The notes below the pieces were generated by a model. It did not search any database and was not told where the DNA came from. It worked only from the letters and a program-made list of their open reading frames with translations. A program made the translations under genes and the position numbers. A stretch of DNA of 64,000 nt from Macrostomum lignano (lineage: Eukaryota), in assembly GCA_002269645.1 (NCBI GenBank), contig NIVC01003214.1:46860-110859 (forward strand). Reading direction: 5' to 3'. Below, one piece after another: positions 13,496-25,149 of the stretch. The stretch's first letter is position 1. Each line of letters starts with the position of its first letter.

Positions 13496-16400
13496 GTTTT
13501 ATTATTTGTGCCAGCAGGCAGTGAACGTACACTCGATATTTCAATGCTTTAAAATGGGAACTTTCAAACGCTAAATTCTCTTTGAGTATTAAACTTTGAG
13601 AGGAGAGACTTATATTGCTGAAAAGAGCTTGCAACGCTGAGTTCGGGTATAAAAAATTGTTTGCTTTAAAGTAGAAAAATTAAGGCGGAGCAATGGAAAA
13701 AGTTTTTCATACTTTTTACTGTCGGCAAAGATTTTATTCATTTTAGGGGTTCATGGGGGTTCCGGGGGTTGGTTTCATCTTCTAACTGCCACTGAGTATT
13801 GGAGGGAGTCGGTCGCTGTGTATTGGAGGGTTGATTTACAATAGATTGCGCAATCTTTTTGCTAACTTTATACTGACTGCCTGAGAAATCGGTTGCGCAA
13901 TCAATTGATTCAATTAGTTCAATATTTTATTGGCGCCTTTCAACACGCTGCTGTGTGTAGCTCTAACCCTAACCCTAACCTTAACCAATGAATTCTGAGA
14001 GCCGGGCTGTTTGACGTAGAAATTTCGATTTAGTCCAGTTTCACGGAGAGGATTTCTATTTCGCGGAGAATATTTCGATGGTGTTCAGTTTCACGGAGAG
14101 GATTTCTATTTCGCGGAGAATATTTCGATGGTGTTCAGTTTCACGGAGAGGATTTCGATAGTGTTCAGTTTCACGGAGACGATTTCTGTTGCGCGGAGAG
14201 GTGTTGGAAAATGGGATTCCGCTGATGGAGTTCAGGGAATGGAATTCCGCTGATTGGAGTTCTTCCCCTTTCTTCTCCGAAGGAGGAGTTGGCCTCGTAA
14301 AATACTAAAAGTGGTGCGATGTTTGTTTGTGTGTTGCAATTTTTCTCCTAAACTACTGGCAAGTCAGCGTTGAAACTTATATGGGAAAACTGCAAATTTT
14401 CCGGATTGGGTTTATAGCTATTTTAATCTTTCATTTTTACATTTTAAGATCCCTAAAAAAGCAGAAAACTGTTTTTTTAACCCTCAATAACCTTTGGCCA
14501 CTCTGCCTGGGGCTGCAGCCAGTTTGTAAAAATAGCCACCCCAACCTCCGCCCGCGGGCCGCCGTGTATTGAGGGGTGGTGGGTGCGCGTGTTCCGCGTT
14601 CAATGCAAATAACCCCCCCCGCGTGTTGGGGGGTTCAATTAAATTTAACGATTCCCCCGGAATGGGAGGGGGTTGGGCTTGGGCTGAGTGTACATAGCAG
14701 TTGTACAGTGTAAGGAGATAGCTAGGACTGTGTCGAGATTTAATTGGTTTTATTATCGGCGGCATTCAATAGGCAGCCATGTGTATTTGCTGGGCAGTAA
14801 AATTTAATGAATAAACTTGCGAGCCTCTTTAGCAGGCTGTGAACGTACACTCGATACTTTAATGCTTTAAATCAGGAAATTTCAAGCGCTAACTGTTCCT
14901 CGAGTTTTAAACTTTCAGAGGAGAGACTTATATTACTGGAAAGATCTTGCAATACTGAGTTCGGGGATATAAGTTGTTTGCTTTAAATGTGAAAACAAAA
15001 CGCACAGCATTTAAAAAACGATTTCCATACTTTTAACTTTCGGCAGTGTACTCATTTTGGAGTTCAATGGGGGTTCGACCAACCCCCCAACAGTTGGTGG
15101 GAGGGGGGGTTCAACTTTTAATTGCCACTGCGTATTGGAAGGGGGTCAGTCGCTGTGTATTGGAGGGTGGATTTAGTTTGCGCAATCTTTTTGTTAACTT
15201 TTACCGAGACTGATACTGACTGACTGTGAAATCGGTTGCGCATTCAATTAATTCAATTGGTTCAACACGCTGCTGCGTTGTAGCTCTAACCCTAACCCTA
15301 ACCCTAACCCTAACCCTAACCCTAACCCTAACCACTAAATCCTGAGAGTTGATTCTTTTTTACGGAGAAAATTTCGATTCAGTCCAGTTTAATGGAGAGA
15401 ATTTCTGTTTCGCGGAGACGATTTTGATGGATGTCAGTTTCACGGAGAGGATTTCCATGGAGTCCAGTTTCACGGAGAGGATTTCTATTTCTCGGAGGGG
15501 ATTTTGATGAATGTCAGTTTCACGGAGAGGTGTTTGATGGAGTTCTCTTTTACGGAGAAGATTTCGATGATGTTCAGTTTCGCGGAGAGGAGTTGGATGA
15601 TGGGATTCAGGGAATGGCATTTCAGGGAATGGAGTACCGGTGATGGGAATTCTTCCCCTTTCTCCTCCAGAGGAGGAGTTGGCCTCGTCTATATATATAC
15701 TAATACTAAAGTTGGTGCGTTGTTTGTCTGTGTGTGTGTGTGTTTGTTGGATAACTCCTCCTAGAATACTTGCAAGTCAGCGTTGAAACTTATATGGGAA
15801 AACTGCAAATTTTCCGAGGATGGCTTTAGGCTATTTTAATCTTTCATTTTCAATTTTTAAGATCCCTAAAAAAGCAGAAAATGGCGGTCTTGACCTTTGA
15901 TAATCTTAATTGTCCCCTCTTTCTGCTTGGAGCTGAAAATTTGCATCAATTTTAGTGATTGCGCCATAAAATTTTTCTATCTTGGCAGTGTATTTTCTCT
16001 CAAGTGGGGGATGGTCGCGTTCTCAGTGGCTGCGTGTGTACACTTGAACCCTGGCTCACTGACTGACTTTATAGACAATTGCGCAACTATTTGTGTTCTG
16101 TTTTTTAACAGGAAGCCCTGTGTATTTTTTGCACAGTGAAATTCAGTGCATTTTAATGCATAAACTTGCGAGCATCTTTAGCAGGCAGTGAACGTACACT
16201 CGATATTTCAATGCTTAAAATCAGAAAGTTTCAAACACTAACTGTTGCTCGAGTTTTGAACTTAGAGAGGAGAGACTTATATTGCTGGAAAGATCTTGCT
16301 GCAATGAGTTCGGGATATAAGTTTTTTGCTTTAAATATGAAAATTAAATTCACAGCATTCAAGAAAAGATTTTCATACTTTTAGCTTTCTGCGAAGATTG

Positions 16401-18062
16401 TGCTCATTTTGGAGTTCAATGGGGGTTCGACCGACCCCCAATAGTTGGTGGGGGGAGTTCAATTTCTAGCTGCACTGCGTATTGGAAGGGGGGTCGGTTG
16501 CTGTGTATTTGAGGGTTGATTTAGATTGCGCAATCTTTTTGTTAACTTTAACTGAGGCTGATACTGACTGCCTGAGAAATAAGTTGCGCAATTTAATTGG
16601 TTCAATGTTTTTACGGCGCCTTTCAACACGCAGCTGTCAACCCTAACCCTAACCCTAACCAATGAATTCTGAGAGCTGGGCTATTTGACGTAGAAATTTC
16701 GATTTAGTCCAGTTTCACGGAGAGGATTTCTATTTCGCGGAGAATATTTCGATGGTGTTCAGTTTCACGGAGAGGATTTCGATAGTGTTCAGTTTCACGG
16801 AGACGATTTCTGTTGCGCGGAGAGGTGTTGGAAAATGGGATTCCGCTGATGGAGTTCAGGGAATGGAATTCCGCTGATTGGAGTTCTTCCCCTTTCTTCT
16901 CCGAAGGAGGAGTTGGCCTCGTATATACTAAAGTTGACGCGTTGTTTGTCTGTCTGTCTGTGTGTCTGTCTGTCATTTCGACAACTCCTCCTTGAATAGT
17001 GGCAACTCAGCGTTGAAACTTATATGGGAAGATTGGAAATTATCCGAGGTCGGCTATAGGCTATTTTAATTCTGAAATTTTAATTTCTAAGATCCTCAAA
17101 AAAGCAGAAAACGGCGGTCTTGACCTTTGATAATCTTAATTGTCCCCTCTTTCTGCTTAGAGCTGAAAATTTGCATGAATTTCAAGTGATTGCGCCACAA
17201 CTTTTCCCTATCTCTGCAGTGTATTTTCTCTCCAGTGGGGGGATGGGGCGTTCTAAATGGCTGCCTGTGTACAATCGGACCCTGGCTCACTGGCTGACTG
17301 TATAGACAATTGCGCAAAGATTTGTGTTTTAATTTTCAATAGGCAGCCCTGTGATTTTGTTGAACGTTGAAATTCAATGCATAAACTTGCGGGCCTCTTT
17401 AGCAGGCAGTGAACGTACAATCGATATTTCAATGCTTTAAATCGGAAAGTTTCAAACGCAAACTGTTGCTCGAGTTTTTAACTTTGAGAGGAGAGACTTA
17501 TATTGCTGAAAAGATCTTGCAACGCTGAGTTCGGGGATATAAGTTGTTTGCTTTAAATATAAAAAGAAAAAGCACAGCATTTGAAAAACTATTTCCATAC
17601 TTTTAACTTTCTGCAAAGATTGTACTCAGTTTTGCGAGACGTAATAGATAAAGTTAGGGGGAGGGTTCAACTTCTCACTGCTGCTGTGTATTGGAGTGTT
17701 GATTTAGATTGCGCAATGTTTTTGTTAACTTTTACTGAGACTGATACTGACTGACTGTGAAATCGGTTGCGCAATGAATTGATTCAATTGGTTCAATATT
17801 TTTATCAGTGCCTTTTAACACGAAGCTGTGCGTAGTTCTTACCCTAACTCTAACCCTAACCAATGAATCCGGAGAGTTGAGTTGTTTGACGGAAAAAATT
17901 CGATTAAGTCCAGTTTAGCGGAGGCGATTTCAATGTTTTAATTTTAAGACGGAGAGGATTTCTGTTTCGTGGAGAGGATTTCGATGGTGCTCAGTTTCAT
18001 GGAGAGGATTTTGATGATGTTCAGCTTCACTGAGAGGATCTTGATGGATTTGGCATCTTCAA

Positions 18063-19150
18063 TCAGTCAGAGAAGAGAGTAAAGAGAAGAATGAAAAGAG
18101 AAGAGAGATGAGATGATAGAAAACAGAGTAGAAATGAGTGAAGAGATTAGACATGGCAGATAGGAGAGAAGAGGGGAGTAAGGCGGGAACGAAGGAGAGA
18201 GAAGAGAAGAGGAGAGAGGAGATGAAGGGAGAGGATATGAGAAAGGAGATATGAGATAGCAGAGAGGAGACAGGAGCGAAAAGAAAGGAGGGATAAGAGC
18301 GTACAGACGCAATAGAAGAGAGGAAAGAGAGGAGAGAGGTGAGAGGTGAGAGAAGAGAGATGAAAGATCAGAGATCAGAGATTTAAGAGAAGAAAGTAGC
18401 GAGGAGAAAGAAGAGGGTAAAGATGAGAGTGCAGAGAGGAGAGAAACGAGAGGAGACAGGTGGTAGAAAGGAGTGTAAAAAACAGGAGATAAGAAAGGAG
18501 AGGGTGAGAGTGAGAGCATATAGGAAAGTGTAAAAGGGGAGCAGAGGAGAGAGAATAGATAAGTGAGTAGAGAAGAGATATGAGAGAGGAGAGATTCGAG
18601 ATTAGAGAAGAGATGAGGGGAGATGAGAGGAGAGAAGAGAGAATGGAGAGGAGAGAAAAGAGAGGAGAGGAGACAGGTGATGCAGTAGAAAGGGAAGAAA
18701 GATGGTAGATAAGAAAGGAGAGGGTGAGAGCGTATAAGAGATACGAAAAATGAGAGCAGAGAGAAGAGAGAAAAGGGAAGAGAGAAAGTAGAGCGGAGAC
18801 GATAGATAAGTGAGTAGAGATGAGATATGAGTGAGGAGAGAAAAGGGGAGAGATAAGAGAGAAGATAGGAGAGTAGACAGGAGAGGGTACAGACGAAAGA
18901 CGAGGGAGAAGAGATAAATAAGGGAGTAGAGATGAGAAAAGAGAGAGAAGAGATAAGCGAGAAGAGTAGGAATAGAGGAGAGAGAGAGAAGCGAGAGAAG
19001 GGAGAGAGGAGGGAGAAGAGAGATGAAAGATCAGAGATGAGAGAGATGAAAGAGTGGAGAGGAGTAATTAGTGAGGAGAAAGAAGAGAGTAAAAATAAAA
19101 ATCAGAGCGCAGGGCGCAAGAGATGAGAGATGGGAGTTGATAGATTGTAG
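18063..19150. repeat. Purine (GA)-rich low-complexity block within Helitron unit U6
   Basis: Same flanks and largely the same sequence as 9695-10590. Confidence 0.85.
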
Positions 19151-22100
19151 AGGATTTTCGAGATGATTTGGAAGATGGGGTTAAAGACATGGAATTTCAG
19201 TTAATGGATATTACAGGGAATAGAATTCCGGTGATGGGAGTTCTTCCCCTTTCTCCTCCGAAGGAGGAGTTCCACTCGTTAATACTAAAACTGGTGCGTT
19301 GTTTGTCTGTGTGATACATATCTCCTCCTGGACGACTTGCAAGTCAGCGTCGAAACTTATATGGGAAAACTGCAAATTTTTCGAGGATGGCAGTGGGCTA
19401 TTTCAATTTTTTATTTTTACATTTTAAGATCCCGAAAAAAGCAAAAAACTGCAATCTTGACCTTTGATAATCTTATTTGTCCCCTCTTTCTGCTTGGAGC
19501 TAAAAATTTGCATGAATTTTGAGCGATTGCGCCATAACTTTCTCCTATCTCTGCAGTGTATTTTCTCTCCAGTGGGGGTGCTCGCGTTCTCAGTGGCGGC
19601 GTGTGTGCACTTGGACCTTGGCGCACGGGCTGACTGTATGGACAATTGCGCAACGATACGTGCTCTGATTTTCAATTAGGCAGCCCGGTGTATTTTTTGC
19701 ACACTGAAATTCAATGCATCAACATGCGAGCCTTTTTAGCAGGCAGGTGAACGTACACTCGATACTTCAATGCTTTAAATCGGGACATTTCAAACGCTAA
19801 CTGTTGCTCGAGTTCTAAACTTAAAAAGAATAGACTTATATTGCTGGAAAGATCTTGCAACATTGAGTTCGGGGATATAAGTTGTTTGTTTTAAATGTGA
19901 AAAGAAAAAACACAGCGATCGAAAACAACTTCCATACTTTTTACTTTCTGGAAAGATTGTACTCATTTTGGGGTTCAATGGGGTTCGACCAACCCCCCAA
20001 CAGTTGGTGGGAGGGGGGGCGGTTCAACTTTTAATTGCCACTGCGGAAGGGGGTCAGTCGCTGTGTATTGGAGGGTTGATTTAGATTGCGCAATCATTTC
20101 GTGTGCACTTGGACCTTGGCGCACGGGCTGACTGTATAGACAATTGCAATTCACTGTTGCAGGCAGTGAACGTACACTCGATATTTCAATGCTTAAAATC
20201 AGAAAGTTTCAAACACTAACTGTTGCTCGAGTTTTGAACTTAGAGAGGAGAGACTTATATTGCTGGAAAGATCTTGCTGCGATGAGTTCGGGAATATAAG
20301 TTTTTTGCTTTAAATATGAAAATTAAATTCACAGCATTCAAGAAAAGATTTTCATACTTTTAGCTTTCTGCAAAGATTGTTCTCATTTTGGAGTTCAATG
20401 GGGGTTCGACCGACCCCCCAATAGTTGGTGAGGGGGGTTCAATTTCTAGCTGCACTGCGTATTGGAAGGGGGGTCGGTTGCTGTGTATTTGAGGGTTGAT
20501 TTAGATTGCGCAATCTTTTTGTTAACTTTAACTGAGGCTGATACTGACTGCCTGAGAAATAAGTTGCGCAATTTAATTGGTTCAATGTTTTTACGGCGTC
20601 TTTCAACACGCAGCTGTGTGTAGCTCTAACCCTAACCCTAACCTTAACCAATGAATTCTGAGAGCTGGGCTGTTTGACGTAGAAATTTAGATTTAGTCCA
20701 GTTTCACGGAGAGGATTTCTATTTCGCGGAGAATATTTCGATGGTGTTCAGTTTCACGGAGAGGATTTCGATAGTGTTCAGTTTCACGGAGACGATTTCT
20801 GTTGCGCGGAGAGGTGTTGGAAAATGGGATTCCGCTGATGGAGTTCAGGGAATGGAATTCCGCTGATTGGAGTTCTTCCCCTTTCTTCTCCGAAGGAGGA
20901 GTTGGCCTCGTCTCTTAATACTAAAAGTGGTGCGATGTTTGTTTGTGTGTTGCAATTTTTCTCCTAGACTACTGGCAAGTCAGCGTTGAAACTTATATGG
21001 GAAAACTGCAAATTTTCCGGATTGGGTTTATAGCTATTTTAATCTTTCATTTTTACATTTTAAGATCCCTAAAAAAGCAGAAAACTGTTTTTTTAACCCT
21101 CAATAACCTTCTTTGGCCACTCTGCCTGGGGCTGCAGCCAGTTTGTAAAAATAGCCACCCCAACCTCCGCCCGCAGGCCGCTGTGTATTGAGGGGTGGTG
21201 GGTGCGCGTGTTCCGCGTTCAATGCAAATAACCCCCCCCCTGCGTGTTGGGGGGTTTAGTTAAATTTAATGCTTCCCCCGGAATGGGGGGTTGGGCTTGG
21301 GCTGAGTGTACATAGCACTAGAGTGTAGAGTGTCAACAGATAGATAGGATGTGTCCAGATTCAATTGGTTTTATTATTGGCGCCTTTTTCCATAGGCCGC
21401 CCTGTGTATTAGCTTGGCAGTGAAATTCTTGCGAGCTTCTCTAGCAAGCAGTCGGGAAATCAATAAATTTTAAACGCTTACTATACCTCGAGTTTTAAAC
21501 TTTGAGAGGAGAGATTTATATTGCTGAAAAGATATTTTAATGCTGAGTTCAGGGATGTAAGTTGTTTGCTTTAAATATGGAAACAGAAAGCTCAGAATTA
21601 AGAAAATGGTTTCCATACTTTTAAGGTTCTGCAAAGATTGTACTTAGTTTTGCAAGAGGTAATAGATAAAGTTAGGGAAGGGTTCAAATTCTTACTATCG
21701 CTGTGTATTGGAGGGTTGATTTAGATTGCGCAAACTTTTTGTTAACTTAACTTTTTGTTAACTTTAACTGAGACTGATACTGACTGACTGAGAAATCGGT
21801 TGCGCAATCAATTGATTCAATCAGTTCAATGTTTTATTATCGGTGCCTTTTAACACGCAGCTCTGTGAAGCTCCAACCCTAACCCTAACCCTAACCCTAA
21901 CCACAGAATCCTGAGAGTTAAGTTGTTTGACAGAGAAACTTTCGATTGAGTCCAGTTTCACGGAGAGGATTTCTGTTTCGCGGAGAGGATTTCGATGGTG
22001 TTCAGTTTCACGGAGAGGATTTTGATGGATTTGGAGAACAGTTAGATGATATTCGGGTCTTGGGATTCAGCTGATGGAGTTCAGGGAATGGAATTCCGGT

Positions 22101-22826
22101 GATGGGAGTTCTTCCCCTTTCTCCTCCATCGGAGGAGTTGGCCTCGTAATATACTAAAAATGAAATGCTTGGTTGCTTGCTTGTAATTGATTTTCTCCCG
22201 AACGGCTCAACCGATTTTCTTCAAACTTGCACCATTCGATCAGAAATTTTCCCGGGACGGTACATGCATATTGGCTAAGAAATTGCTCAATGTTAAAGGG
22301 ATTAAATATTCGAAAAACATGATTTTTTGCAAAGGTCAAGCAGCTCTTTCGACCTGAAATGCATTGTAAGAATGCTAGAGAAAAAACTGACTGACTGAAT
22401 TCCGATTGTGATAAAGATTGCATCACAACAAGTTGAAAACAGTGCCGAACAAATGCACACAAAACTTGAATGAAATTGCGTAACCATATTGCCAACTTAA
22501 ATTGAGACTGATTCTGGCTGACTGAGAAATTGATTATGTCATAATTTTTTACTCCAATTGACTTGCTGTAAGAATTGAATTATAAGGGCCACAATTCATG
22601 TTCTCCAATTGAAAAGAGATAGCCAAGAAAGATGCGAACAGACTAGCCGATAGCCGATGTGTAGGCACTAGGAATTGGTTATAGGCTCGGCTAGGGTTCG
22701 ATTCTGCACTGCGTCAAATTTCAGCCAGTAGTGATTGAAGATTATTTAAATTTATTTTTTTCATTCACTTCGTAAATAAAATATTATCTGACTTTGAATC
22801 ATTGCAAAAATAGAGCTTGAATCAGA

Positions 22827-23045
22827 CTAAACCAGAGTTTGAATCATGGCTAAACCAGAGTCTGAATCATGGCTAAACCAGAGTCTGAATCATGGCTAAA
22901 ACCAGAGTTTAAGTCATGGCTAAACCAAAGTTTGAATCATGGCAAAACCAGAGTTTGAATCATGGCTAAACGAGAGTCTGACTCATGGCTAAACCAGAGT
23001 TTGAATCATGGCTAAACCAGAGTTTGAATCATTGCAAAACCAGTT
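22827..23045. repeat. 23-bp minisatellite (CTAAACCAGAGTTTGAATCATGG)n inside the Helitron
   Basis: Directly visible; copies at 22827, 22850 and onward. Confidence 0.92.
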
Positions 23046-23354
23046 TTGTTAAAAGTGATACTGATTATCACTGATATTGATGATATCACTGATATCAGTG
23101 ATACTGGTAACTCTGATAAGAATTTCACTATGTCAAAAGTACATAGCTGTATCAACCCCACTGGCGAGACAGTCATAAATAGATTACATTCACAGTTTTT
23201 TTCACTGGCTGGCGCAGACCAGTGTACATTGTGAGCCCTCTGCCCCGGAATTTGGACACACGGGCCTGGAGAGCCCACACCCCAAATCATAGGTTTTTTA
23301 GATTTAGACCCCTTTCTTCTTCCCCTTTTTTCCCTTTCTTTCCCCTTTGCTCAG

Positions 23355-23575
23355 CGCAGACATGCTGAGACTGAGGCAGAGCGAGCTGCCCGACTGGAAG
23401 AACAGCGGCAGCGGAATGCTCAGCGCAGAGATGCTGAGACTGAGGCAGAGTGGGCTGCCCGACTGGAAGAACAGCGGCAGCGGGACGCTCAGCGCAGAGA
23501 GGCTGAGACTGAGGCAGAGTGGGCTGCCCGACTGGAAGCCGATCGGATTCGTTGCCGTGGAGCTGTGGTTTCTAG
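23355..23575 (+). CDS. Helitron gene exon: three 23-aa STPR-like repeats
   Basis: Long pyrimidine tract + ctcag| acceptor. 69-bp repeats (23350, 23419, 23488) translate as ETEAERAARLEEQRQRNAQRRDA. Phase-2 donor AG|GTGAGT at 23576 matches the next exon's phase. This is a different frame from ORF 23347..23601; no upstream start exon found. Confidence 0.7.
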
Positions 23576-23762
23576 GTGAGTTGTATAGTAACTTTTTATA
23601 ACAAGTCTTTATTTTTGTTTTTTTCTGAATTGCCTTGAAGGGGATAATTTGTAGTATCTATTTTATTCTGTATAAATTAAGCGGATAACGATTTTTGAGG
23701 AATGAATTGTCTTAAAAAGCCAATTAAGGCTGCTGTGCTTACGTTCACCCATTGCCCCTTAG

Positions 23763-24614
23763 GTCGGACACCCAGCAGCAAGGTACAGAAACTATAGTAC
23801 CCTTTGAGCAGTTGCAGGTAATCCCCATTGTTGGTGATGGCAATTGCTTTTTTTATGCTGTGTGTGATCAGCTGCGTGGAACCCCGCTGGAAACTGACGC
23901 AGCCTCCCTGCGGCAGGACTTGTCTTGCCGTGTTGCAGAACTCATGCCACAGCTGATTGCAGATGGCCTCATTGCACCTGAGAGTGCTGATGAGATCGTG
24001 AATTCCTCTTTTCAAGCAGGAATTTATGTTTCAGATGAAGTTGCCTCTTTGTTGAGCCGCTGCTTTGATGTGGATCTGGTCATTTACCAGGCCAATGGTA
24101 GTGTGATGCAATATTTCAGGGCTAATTTGCGCCCTCCTAATGCCATTGTGCGTGTGCTTTTGCGCCATGAACATTACGAGTCACTGAGACTTCGAGAGCT
24201 TCCGGAAAACTTATCAACCTGGCGAAAGTGACGCTTGTTGATCAGTCTGGGTCCTCCGTGTCGTGCACATTTTGGGCCAGCTCTACTGCCCAAGTGAATG
24301 ACTGGTCTGTGGGCGACGTTCTAGCGATTCATGGTGCTCAAGTCCAGGAATATTCCCAGACAATCAGTCTCGGATGTTCGAAAGCGGAAATTCAGCATTG
24401 GCCAGAAGACTCTGCTGATGTCTCCGACATTACCCAGTGGTACAAGGATGCGCTTTCTAGCCAACAGTGCTTCGAGGAGCTACGGGTGACGCAAAGCTCC
24501 CAGCGGGAGAAATATGCTAACCGTGACGACGAAATGGTATTACAGTACCCAGAGCGAATGTTCGACCAATTCGATGAGGTGCGAAGAATTAAAGTGCGAT
24601 TTGGGGACAAAGAG
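23763..24614 (+). CDS. Helitron gene exon: OTU-like cysteine protease fused (via 1-nt frameshift near 24207) to an RPA70-like OB fold
   Basis: Acceptor cccttag|G at 23762/23763. OTU motifs IVGDGNCFFYAV (catalytic Cys) and HEHYESL (catalytic His). Then KVTLVDQSGSSVSCTFW...GDVLAIHGAQVQEY...ITQWY, matching RPA70 DBD-B-like OB folds. Donor GAG|GTAAGT at 24615. Confidence 0.75.
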
Positions 24615-24826
24615 GTAAGTTGATTTTACGAGTATTACGTGTGGGTTAAATAGAAATATGGTGTCAGAGAACGTACTAAAGAAGCAATAAGTGATTGACT
24701 GCTTAGATTCATTATTAACTTGTTCAATGAGGCCTCTTATCTCTAAAGATTAGGTTTATTCATTCATTCAAGAGTAATATGAATATAAAAAATTGATTAA
24801 ATTCATATATAAATTTCATTTCACAG

Positions 24827-24943
24827 GTGACATTTTCCCGAGATCATATCAACAGAAGTCAGCAGATCCCCGCTATGTCAACCCCTAAGGCTCCCAATGT
24901 GTCCGAGAAGCCTGGGCCATCACATGATTTCATGGACGAGTAG
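24827..24943 (+). CDS. Terminal exon of the Helitron STPR-OTU-OB gene
   Basis: Acceptor ttcacag|GTG, phase 0; reads VTFSRDHINRSQQIPAMSTPKAPNVSEKPGPSHDFMDE* with TAG at 24941-24943. Confidence 0.6.
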   Translation: MTFSRDHINRSQQIPAMSTPKAPNVSEKPGPSHDFMDE

Positions 24944-25149
24944 GACTTGAAAGACTAATAAAGATGCAAATAACGTGAGTAATGCTTGAGTACATTTTTG
25001 TCTGCCAGTAGCGCATCTGAGTTCGATAGCCATCACAAGTAGTTTAACCTGATATGTATAATACGGCCCGATGAGACGTATCAGGTAAATCTTGCTTTAT
25101 TCACCTAATAAATTAAAATTAGATGGGATCATAATGGAATTGGGATCAG

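Larger units (their letters stand above)
8163..22146 (+). mobile_element. Head-to-tail array of 8 related non-autonomous Helitron-like units plus two ~80-bp 5' stubs
   Basis: Recurrent 5' ends (TC)TTAATACTAAAG.../TCTATATATATACTAA... followed by GTCT/GT microsatellite. Recurrent 3' ends CTCCTCC-NNN-GGAGGAG hairpin + TTGGC/TTCCA + CTCG (truncated in U1). Units: U1 ~8361-10717, U2 10718-11923, U3 11924-14297, U4 14298-15687, U5 15688-16921, U6 16922-19278, U7 19279-20910, U8 20911-22146. Left end preceded by A. Confidence 0.8.

Noticed and set aside
9266-21902. True telomere or telomere fusion
   Set aside because: Tracts are only ~3-8 copies, all in one orientation and embedded at a fixed site in a repeat unit.
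23347-23601. ORF-track protein MLSADMLRLRQSELPDWK…
   Set aside because: Wrong frame; the alternative frame gives STPR-like repeats and the correct splice phase into the OTU exon.
24228-24231. Prokaryote-style GTGA start/stop overlap (translational coupling)
   Set aside because: Context is a spliced eukaryotic gene, and a 1-nt indel in an A run explains the overlap more simply.
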